Below, piece by piece: positions 54,469 through 64,000 of a stretch of 64,000 nucleotides of DNA (position 1 is its first letter; each line of letters begins with the position of its first letter). The position numbers and the translations under genes were made by a program. Source of the stretch: Squalus acanthias (lineage: Eukaryota); the NCBI GenBank assembly GCA_030390025.1, contig CM059425.1, forward strand, positions 171,246,001-171,310,000. Direction: 5' to 3'. Below the pieces are notes generated by a model, which saw nothing but the letters and a program-made list of their open reading frames with translations, made no database searches and had not been told where the DNA came from.

Positions 54469-55523
54469 TCAGAGCCATAACGTTTGCTTAGCAGTCAATA
54501 CGCTGTTAAAACCCCAGTTACACCTAATCCAACAAGGTCTAGCTTTTAATGGGGTATTTAAACAACGATATTACCACAGAAAAGCCCAATTTTGCGCCAG
54601 TTTCACTGATTTCCTTGATTATACCAATTGCCAACTACAGGGGGGTGGGGGGGCACAGCGCAGCCAGTGTCGGAGCAGCGAATGACTGACTGCAACTTCA
54701 AGATTTCCATGTTAGGATGCGCATGGGTTAAATCCTGAAGTTGCGGTCAGTTTCAGAGGGGTAATTATTCAGGCCATAATCTCCTATCCCTATAATCTTC
54801 AATCAAGGTTTCAACTAACCTATTGTGGCAAACAACTTCTGCAATTTAGATTTATGCACTGTAATCCTGAATGTGACCCAAACAAACAGGCAGAAAGGGA
54901 TCGGTGGCAAACTGATGATCAGTACCAAAAGTTGTCTGTAGGAGCGCTGATGATTTCTGACACATCTGGAGTAACTAATAAATCTGCATAACATTTTATA
55001 CATTTTAATACTGAACATTTGTCATGGGTATTTTAGGCCCTCTTCTGTGCATATTTTGCATTAGATAATAAACAGAAAATCCTTATGCATTGTTGGTGCA
55101 ACTGGTTTTAATATCCCCCAAATTAGTTAGTTTGGTCTGTCCACCAAGACATTAACCATGCCTCAACACATGCACAGCAGATACAATAATTACATGGGTA
55201 AGCAATTCTGGGTTAAAGTAATGTGCTCAAAGCTAGCTTAATTACTTCTTTTAGCATTTTTACATCATGATCATAAGGATAAACATGCTATTAGTCCTAC
55301 TCGTGCAGGATGGAGGACAGCTTTTGAAAGAAAAACTAGGTATCCATAATTTCAGGATATCTGAGCTATATTATCAAGGGGAATAGTATTAAACTAATCA
55401 GAAATAAGACCCAAGCCATTAGGTGGTCCAACTTTAGGAGACTCTTTACCACAGTTATCTGGTCATTGTTTATTTTCAAAGAGAAAAGTTACACTGTTGC
55501 CAACTCATAATTGGGTAATAAAT

Positions 55524-55706
55524 AAGAAAGACTTGCATTTATATTGCGCCTTTCACGACCACTGGACGTCCCAAAGCGCTTTACAGCCAATTAAGTACTT
55601 TTTGAAGTATAGGCACTGTTGTAATGTAGGAAACACGGCAGCCAATTTGCACATAGCAAGCTCCCACAAACAGCAATGTGATAATAACCAGATCATCTGT
55701 TTTAGT
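55524..55706 (-). mobile_element. DeuSINE 3' half
   Basis: Reverse complement of SINE tail. Confidence 0.8.
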
Positions 55707-57418
55707 GGGGGGTCGCGACCCCACTGCTGGCTCCATCCCGCTGTTGAAAATTAACTTACCTTAATGCTGCCTATTAAGCTCCCCCAGCGCGTTACCCGGC
55801 CCAATGAGATGGAGCGGGTCTGGTGACGTCATTCATAACACGTTTTCAGCCAGGATCTTCAAAGGGACCATGGCCACATTGGATTTGAAGTTTAATCTAA
55901 CATAGTGCTGTCAGTGCACTATAGCATTGGAGTGCTGCAAACACTGACATTAACTGCACAGAGGCAGAGGGCTGCACCCAGCTTCTCCGATGACTCCCTC
56001 CATATGCTTATGGAGGGAGTCAGAGCACGCAGAGAGGTCCTCTTCCCTTCCGATGGGCGGAAGAGACCCACCAGGAGACCAAGACAGCCTGGTTGCAGAT
56101 TGCAGAGAAGGGCACAAGCAGGGATGTGGTCAGGAGGACCTGGGTGCAGTGCTGCAAACGTTTCAATGATCTCCTTAGATCAGGAAATGTTAGTACAAAG
56201 CCACACTCAACTGCATTCTGCTGTGCCTCTCGTCACATCCCCATCACTCTGCCTTCCCTACCCTATTCCTGCACATCCTTACTCAAACCAACATACCTTG
56301 CACCTCCACCCATCCCTCTCTATCTACATTATCACATCCCCATCTCACTAGCCACCCCTCACACCCACCCTCAGCCTAATGCAATCATATCAACTAACAA
56401 CACACAAGGGTAGCCACTTGGGTGTTTTAGCCAATGTTCATGTGAAGTTTCTGTTAATGTGGTGTCAAACATTGAAACCTTTATTTTCAGCACTTTCCGG
56501 TCTTGACAGATTTGTGTGCACCTTTGGAAGTGGCTTAGTGAGTTGCAGTGAATGGTGAGACATAATGGTACCCCCCGCAATGGTGGTGTGTGTAAAAGGA
56601 ATGGCTTGGTCATTGCAGGGATGCTTTACAGTGTTGGTGTGGGGTGGTGCCAACCTGGCGCATCATGTGGCAGCCATATGGGTGTACAGCGTAAAGTTAA
56701 CTAAATCTGGCCATGATGAGGTCATCCCTGGCCTCCCGGGCAGCAATGTGCTCAGGTGCTGATGCCCTGTGTAGCATCAGGTGATTGCGGAGGTTGGTGT
56801 TGTTGGTGCTGCTGGTGTTGGGGCTCATCGTGGTCAGATTCTGAGGACCAAGGTGATACCGTATTATCAGCACCCATGTTGATGGAATAGATGGCAGGTG
56901 AAGTACAGATGACAGAAGCATTCTGTCAGTGGTGAGAGTGTTCTTCCAATGAGGTGAGACTGGATGGAGACTTTGCTGGAAACACTTGCAGCCTGCAGAA
57001 TCTGTGCTGGAAATGGACTGAGCAACAGCGTCTGCCTGAGGAAAGTGATCATCTGTCAGGTGGGAGCTTTTACTGTACATTTGATGCTGTCAAGTAATCA
57101 GCTGGTGCAATGGCCACAGAACTCCTGCCTCAGGTTGACAGACCTGCTTCCTGAACTGCGTGAATCCCGTGGCCATGCAGGGAAATTTAAAAAGCAAGTG
57201 AGAAAAGGCTCTTAAGTGCCTGTAAACTACCTGATAATGATTTCAATTGGGTTGCCCGCCGCTACCGGTTGGGTCTGCTCCGTGATGACAGACGTGCCTG
57301 GGGGAAAGGCGCATGGGAGCGAGATGACAGCGGGTTTCCGACCTGCTGTCAAAAATAACAACTTTCCCACCCAACCCGCCACCGATCACGCCCGCTACCA
57401 TCCTGGAAAATTCCGACC
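55707..57418. mobile_element. Internally deleted Harbinger with Myb/SANT-like remnant (+) and probable transposase termini (-)
   Basis: 55960-56190: RAAPSFSDDSLHMLMEGV..VLFP..W.QIAE..RRTWVQCCKRFNDL (frameshifted); minus AREARDDLIMARFS* ends 56697; right end AAAATTCCGACC. Confidence 0.75.
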
Positions 57419-58144
57419 AATGTCTCCATGCAACCATCAAGTCGCTGATGATAGATGTGCTGCCAACAGCACCAGGCAGGAGCAGGCACCAAGCATACTG
57501 GATTTGCCCTGGATCTGCGACCAGATAGGAAAATCTCAGTATTCCCACAGCACAGGCAAGACAATACCGGAATTTACATTGTACAAGTCAAATGCTTATT
57601 CTTCCAGCAGCCTCACTGTTTCAAATATTGGTCCAAATTCTTCCAATTTAATTTTGATTTTCATGAGAGGGTTGATGGAAGACAAAACACAGCTTATCTG
57701 TCCATTAGGTGTTATTTTTCTCTCTCCCTAACCCAGGGACACTACTGCCACCCCTGGATCAGATCAGACAACTCAGCACAAATCGGGGATCGAACCTGGA
57801 AAATTCACATGGTCTATATGGCTGAACTCCTTTCAGTGTCCTTACCCACTCACCCATTGCGGTGTCAGTCATTGATCAGTGGCAGCACTTGCGCCTTTGA
57901 GTCAGAAGGTTGTGGGCTCAAGTCCTAGGCTGCTGAGGGAAGCTAGGGTGGAGATAGAAGAAGCTCTGACCACAATCTTTCAATCCTCCTTGGATATGGT
58001 AGTGGTGCCAGAGGACTGGAGGATTGCAAATGTTACACCCCTGTTCAAAAAAACGGGGAGAGTGGTGGGACCACGAGAGACCAGAGACCACTGTCAAGGG
58101 CAAAATTAATTCTCACTTGGAGAAGCATGGGTTAATAAGGGACA

Positions 58145-58459
58145 AAATTGAGAGGTCGCACAACACCAGGTTATAGTCCAACAGTTTTATTTGAAATCAC
58201 AAGCTTTTGGAGCTATCGATCGCCCCTTCCTCAGGTGAAGTAAAGAAATACAGCTGTATTTCTTTACTTCACCTGAGGAAGGGGCGATCGATAGCTCCGA
58301 AAGCTTGTGAGCTGTATTTCTTTACTTCACCTGAGGAAGGGGCGATCGATAGCTCCGAAAGCTTGTGATTTCAAATAAAACTGTTGGACTATAACTGGTG
58401 TTGTGCGACCTCTCAATTTTGTCCACCCCAGTCCAACACCGGCATCTCCGCATCATGAC
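58145..58459. mobile_element. Palindromic Penelope-derived insertion
   Basis: 13-bp TSD TTAATAAGGGACA (58132-58144, 58460-58472); inverted arms centred on CAG|CTG at 58253; hammerhead motifs. Confidence 0.8.
58269..58368 (+). ncRNA. Two tandem minimal hammerhead ribozyme motifs (58269-58310, 58327-58368)
   Basis: UCAC-CUGAGGA-A-GGGGC-gaucgaua-GCUCC-GAAA-GCUU-GUGA repeated at 58-bp period. Confidence 0.75.
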
Positions 58460-58572
58460 TTAATAAGGGACAGCCAGCACAGATTTGTTAAAAGCAAATC
58501 TTGTCCGACTAACCTGATTGAGGTCTAATAGAGAGGGTTGATTAAGGTAGTGCAGCAGATATTGTATCTATG

Positions 58573-60240
58573 GGCCTAGAAATTGGATATGGCCCAAAAA
58601 TGGGCAGTGTCATGGCCCAGCCTGATTTAGATGCACTGGTCCTCCAACAGATTGCAAGGAATGCTGAGGCGCCGCCCCGGGGGAGTGGCAGAGAGTCTGT
58701 GGAGCAGGAACCGGCTGTCCTCTCTCAGGACGACAGCATTCCTATTCCCACCACTGCCACTCCGCCATTGCCCTTGCCGCTGCCTTTCAGCCAGCCAGCC
58801 CTCGTCCTCTTCCTGAGGTGGTGCCGCAAACCCTGCTGGCAAGGGCTGCGCCCTCTTGAAGTCCAAGTTGTGGAGCATGCAGCAGACCACCACGAAATAG
58901 GACACCCGCTCTGCCGAGTACTAGAGGGCTCTTCCCGAGCGGTCAAGGCAGTGGAACCGTTGCTTCAGCATCCTGATGGTCTGCTCGACGATGATCCTCA
59001 TGGCAGCATGGCTCTCATTATATGAGTGCTGGACACGAGTGGTGAGGTTGCGGAGGGGAGTCATCAGCCAGGTGCAGATAGCCCTTGTCTCCAAGCAGCC
59101 ACCCTCGTGTTTGACGTGGTGGCTGGAAGACTGCTGGCACACTGGAATGATGCAGGATAAAGGCATCACAACTGCTGCCAGGGTAGCGGGCACTGACCAT
59201 CAGGGCGTGGTCGCACAACAACTGCACATTAAGTGAGTGGTAGCCTTTGTGGTTATGGAAGATCTCAGGATTGTAATGCGGCACTTGCAAAGCCACATGA
59301 GTGTCGTCAATGGCGCCCTGCACCATGGGGAAGCCCGCTAACCTGGCAACGCTGCATGCGCGCTCCTCCTGCTTCTCTCTGTTCGTAGTCCCTTCTCCTG
59401 GTTTACAGAGCCTCTGTGACCTCCCGGATGCAGCGAAGGATAACGAACTGGGAGATGTTAGCTATGTCTCCTGCTGCAGACTGGAAGGATCTGCTGGCGA
59501 AGAAATTGAGGGCCACGGTGACCTTGACTACCACTGGGAGAGCCGTGGTTGCCCTGCTCTGAGGCTGCAGGTCTGGTTGCAGGATGTGGCAGAGTTCTGC
59601 GACCACCTCCTTGCTGAAGCGGAGCCTCCTGATGCACTGCTCCTCGCTTAAGTGGAGATAAGTGAAGTGCTCTCGGAAGACCCGAGGTGAGTAAGGCCTC
59701 CTGTTGAGAGCCCTCCTTGCATATCTTTTCTTCGCCCCCATGAATGGGAGCAAGTGGTCAGAGCAGAATGCTTGAAATCAGAAGCAAGGCCTTCTCCACT
59801 TGCAGCACCACTCCCTGTCACCTCACTAACTTGAAATAACTGTAGAAAGCTCCAAACAGTTGCACAACTTTATAGAGCCAGTAGAAATCAAAAAGCAAGT
59901 CACCTGCAAGTTGTTGATGATCCCTTTAAATACCGCTGGTTAGGGGGGGGGGGGTTCCTCATGTAGTTAAACGCATGTTCAGCTGTTCATGTTTTGTAGA
60001 GGGAGCGGCGACGTCAAAAATGGCAGGTCGTGCGTCAAATCAGCGTTGCACACTGATTGACATCACGATCTGCCTCATTACCATTTTTCTAGCGAGCGCA
60101 GGCAACGACCGCACTGCCGACCTGTCCAAAATGGCAGCCGCCATACTAGGTGCCGGAAGTGAGCAGAAGCAAGGCAGCCACCATTTTTTTTGCCAAAACC
60201 AGCCTTATCAGCCGCCGTGAAGGTGCCGAATTTCACAGCC
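58573..60240 (-). mobile_element. PIF/Harbinger transposon with decayed DDE_Tnp_4 (HARBI1-like) transposase
   Basis: ALNFFASRSFQ, GAIDDTHV, NHKGYHSLNVQ, WLLGDKGY, YNESH..VEQTI..LKQRF, CCMLHN over four frames; ends GGCCTAGAAATT / AATTTCACAGCC. Confidence 0.92.
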
Positions 60241-60511
60241 CAGATGTCAAAGATCAACTAGTGTAAAAGGCAGGGATTTCTCCCCAGGGCCATGTGTGCA
60301 TGTTGTGCCAACATTAGACAATCTTCAGTGTCCTACAAAATAGACACTGAAGTTAAACAGGAGAGATATTTAAAGCCCAAACTTACCTCAGTCAGGAGCA
60401 AAATTATTTTTCTGCTACTGAGATTTTGTTGCTAGTATTTGGTCTATTATACAATTTATTGAGGCTAGCAATTAATGATATTCTGCCTGATTCTGAAGGG
60501 GGGGGGGGGGG

Positions 60512-60606
60512 AAGAGATTGAATGATCAGCCATGATCGTATTGAATGGTGGAGCAGGCTCGACGGGCCGAATGGCCTACTCCTGCTCTAGTTTCTATGTT
60601 TCTATG
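60512..60606 (+). mobile_element. CR1 3' tail fragment
   Basis: gatcagccatgatc...ggcctactcctgctc, tttctatgtttctatg. Confidence 0.8.
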
Positions 60607-63034
60607 AATGAACACAGCAATCCTCTATTTACAGGCATAATTCACACATAGCTTTACCTGAATATGGATACATTTTCTGGTTATGTTTCAGTTCCCAAAC
60701 AGACTAGACCAAATAAACTGCTGGATTTCAAACTCTAACTCAGACATCAATGGGGGGGGGGGGGGGGGGTTAAATACTAATGGATGTGATGCGCAAGGCA
60801 ATTGTGGAGGAGAGGGAATTTTGGAGCACAATTAAAATAATGTGCTTTATATGTACAGGGGCTGAAGGTAGAAAAAAGAACAAAACTAGCACCATGCGAT
60901 TAATTTTTTTTATACAATAAAAGAGATTTACAAGAGATCATTAGCAACAGGATTTGCAACAGAATGGAAACATTTTACAAGAAAAATGGATAATTGGCAT
61001 TTCTGGTACATATCCAAAATGCTAGTAATTGGATTTTTAGGGGACTGGGTGACACGGTACGTTAAAACATTGTTCCCAAGTCTTTCACTTCTCAGACCAA
61101 GTTAAATTCAGCCCAGATGATGGGCTCTTCTTGATAAGAGTCACAAGGGAAATAGGTTTTACAGACATATTGAAGTTGTCAGTGAACATGAGTGAACAGT
61201 ACAACACTGCCTTTAATCTGGCATGAACTGGCACTAATTTGACAGTTTTCCTCTGTACGACCAATAGTAAAAAGATGCAAGGAATATGTGCAACAGGTGG
61301 TGTTATTACAAGGTCATGTTTGAGGAATAATCATTGGTATAATGCTGTTAGAGAGTTCAAATGGATCACTGGCGTGCAAATAAATTCACATTGTCATGTC
61401 TTGGCAGCCTGTACTACACCATATAGGCTGCAAAATGACAATAAAGAGGATGCAATTTAAATATTCCTGTTCCATTAAGTTCCATTACAAACAGAGATGA
61501 TACAGTGGAAGCTGTTTATCATCACACTTTTTTACCAACTTGATTTGTTTCATTGAAGTAATTTAATATCCAGATATTTGAGTTGGTTTTGTGTTGCAAC
61601 ATACCTTGGATTAAGCCATAATTTTCCGAGCTGGCAAACCTGAATTTTAATGCACCTTATGTGAGTGTAGGCACTACATTAAAAAGTGAAAATTGTTAAA
61701 CCCAATTCCCTTATTATTTACCTCCCTGCCCATTAGTTCAGCACTTACCTGTTCACCGCCATTAGCTAAGGGGATAAACACTTTAAAAGTAATTCACCTT
61801 TCTTTATTTTCTACATAAACTCTTGCTATATCACATTAATTGGGAGTCAGCCAAATAGTGTGTCATGGTGCAGTATGTAATATAATGAGCCTCATTGATT
61901 GCTTCGTAAGTACAGAGTAGACAGCACAAGTACAGAGAGTCGCAGACATTTCTTATGACACATTCACTGCTTTATCCTGTACTACATTTGGTAATTTATG
62001 GAAACAGAGATTTCAAACTTTCACTGGAGAGAGATACACTGTGCTGAGCAAAACCCTGATCTTGTTTCCCTCATCTATGTTGGCCCTACTATGTTGTGTC
62101 AAATGTTTAAAGTTTATTTTCCATAGTGTTACAATGGCTGATTATCCATAATCTATATTTAAACTAATTATATCCTTTTTTTTAAGCGACATCTTATAAG
62201 GATAATGTTGCAACACTTGGGTAGCAAAAAGTTACATTTGGACTTCGAGGAAATTCTTCTGCTGCTTTATGCCAGCAGTGGTGGCATAAAGTGTACGCTG
62301 TGGAACAGAAGTATGGATGGAGATGGACAATACTGATTCCCCCATCCATTTCATACTGCATGACCACTCGTCTGGTCAGGTGTGAAGTCATTGCTCAGCT
62401 GTTGCATCAAAAACCAGCAAGACGCAGAGTTAAAACAAACAGCACAGTGATCTGCTGAGGGCAACACGTGCACTTAAAGATTTTAAGCCAGAACTGCAAT
62501 TAGTGCAAGTGCTCTGCAGACAGGCATCCACATGGAGCCATTGTGGGGGGAATCCACTACAACCAGAAAAAAAAACCATAAGAACACAAAAGGATTGGCT
62601 GCAGATCTTCCACAGAATGTACCAGACTTTGGGCAGGCTCTGCTAGATCATTTCAACTAAGTATCTGATGGCCCCCAATGCCTATACAGTCATCTGTTCT
62701 GTACATCAACCTACTGTACCCTACCCAATGTTGGCCAATGCTGCATATGGTCCCATTTATCAGCTTCCTTCTTTATGATCAACCAGTACCCAGGCAAGAG
62801 CAAGAACACTTGGAATACAAAATTGCAAAAGTGCTACCAAACATTTATTCCTTACAAGTGTTCGTGTGTGTCGCCCTCTGTTATGCATCACCCTGCTTCC
62901 TTTTCTTGAATGGATATAATTTGTGTACAACTGAATCTCCTTCTATGTGCTCCCCTGGTGACTGAAGTCAGTGAGATGGCTGCATGCTGAGTGTCAGTTG
63001 AGGCCTCTTGAGACTGAAGTGGCTCTCTATATAG

Positions 63035-63473
63035 TGTCAGCTTTGGCTCAGTTGGTAGCATTCCCGCCTCCGAGTCTGAAGGTTGTGGGTTCAAGTCCCA
63101 CTCCAGAGACTTGAGCACATAATCCAGGTTGACACTCCAGGGCAGTACTGAGGGAGTGCTGCACTGTCGGAGGTGCCATCTTTCAGAGGAAACGTTAAAC
63201 CAAGTCTGCCCTCTCAGGTGGACATAAAAGATCCCATGGCACTATTTTGAAGAAGAGCAAGTGAGTGCGCCATGGGTTCCCTAGCCAATATTTATCCAAC
63301 AGCACAAATCAGATTATCTGGTCATTTATCTCATTGCTGTTTATGGGGCCTTGCTGTGCGCAAATTGGCTGCCGCGTTTACTACAGTACAACAATGACTA
63401 CACTTCAAAAGTACTTAATTGGCTATAAAGCGCTTTGGGATGTCCTGAGGTCATGAAAGGTGCTATATAAATG
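63035..63473 (+). mobile_element. SacSINE1-like DeuSINE
   Basis: Same head, core and tail. Confidence 0.9.
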
Positions 63474-64000
63474 ATTTCTTATGCAATGGAACCAAAGCTC
63501 TATCATGCAAACTATCGGTACTGGATTCCTTTTATATGCCTTTAAGAAAAAAAAGTTTACAAAATGACTACAGGCATTTTAAAAAGCAAAATCCTGTCTT
63601 TGTGTGGCAAATATTCTATTGGAGCTATTTAGTTCAGCCAGTTTCTTGGAATGAAGTCAATACAAGTTAATTGCATCAAAAATTCCCTCATGTCTTTGAA
63701 ATGTAAAATTTATGCAAAACTTGTTCCTGGAACCAAGTTATTTGATCTGCAAGGTAAGTGTCAAAAGCAATCAACTCACTAGAATAACCAGAAGTCTGAG
63801 GCTTACCTGAAAGTTAAAATTGATTAATAACATGCTTGCCTGTCTAGTGGGAAAGAAGTACTTTAGTGTGAAGTATCACAGCCTGCTTGGAATAAATGCT
63901 TCTGATTTCCCCCTTCTCCAGTTCCCAGTTTGTCTGTTTTTATCTATGTTGGAGCATTGTGAGGGGCTTTGTAGAGCAGAAGCACTCACATTACATTTAT

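Larger units (their letters stand above)
52225..54775. mobile_element. Harbinger-type MITE split by CR1 (52225-52624 and ~54470-54775)
   Basis: Left GGGCCATAATTT; joined halves resemble interior of 34331-35052; right end degraded. Confidence 0.65.
57920..58572 (+). mobile_element. CR1 RT fragment interrupted by Penelope-derived palindrome and cut by Harbinger
   Basis: [25 protein letters not shown] restored when the insert is removed. Confidence 0.85.

Noticed and set aside
58627..59753. Possible domesticated HARBI1 gene
   Set aside because: Frameshifts, stop codon, TIR-like ends and insertion into CR1 indicate a decayed transposon
29265..63812. Minus-strand donor-like sites at ~29270, ~60383, ~61743, ~63802 as upstream FBXL17 exons
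   Set aside because: Adjacent sequence does not encode the expected LRR ending (GLMRCDK-like, from recall) and no acceptor was evident

Overview
Eukaryotic, repeat-rich DNA, almost certainly from a shark or other elasmobranch (CR1 LINEs with (TTCTATG)n/(TTCTTATG)n tails, SacSINE1-like DeuSINEs, Penelope-like elements, Harbinger derivatives). The only host coding sequence I can support is a 138-bp terminal exon on the minus strand (24374-24511) matching the C-terminus of vertebrate FBXL17. About 24.5-64 kb is therefore probably its last intron, and its 3' UTR runs leftwards. Nearly all tracked ORFs are transposon fragments or shadow frames. Most notable: (1) about 11 PIF/Harbinger-type elements sharing a GGNNNN-NAATT-like terminus, some with 3-bp TSDs, including a transposase copy, a Myb/SANT-bearing copy and ~700-bp MITEs built from hairpins whose stems change sequence between copies but keep pairing; (2) a ~315-bp palindromic Penelope-derived insert with a 13-bp TSD carrying tandem minimal hammerhead ribozyme motifs; (3) several nested insertions with reconstructable empty sites. 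Family names come from recall, not database searches.
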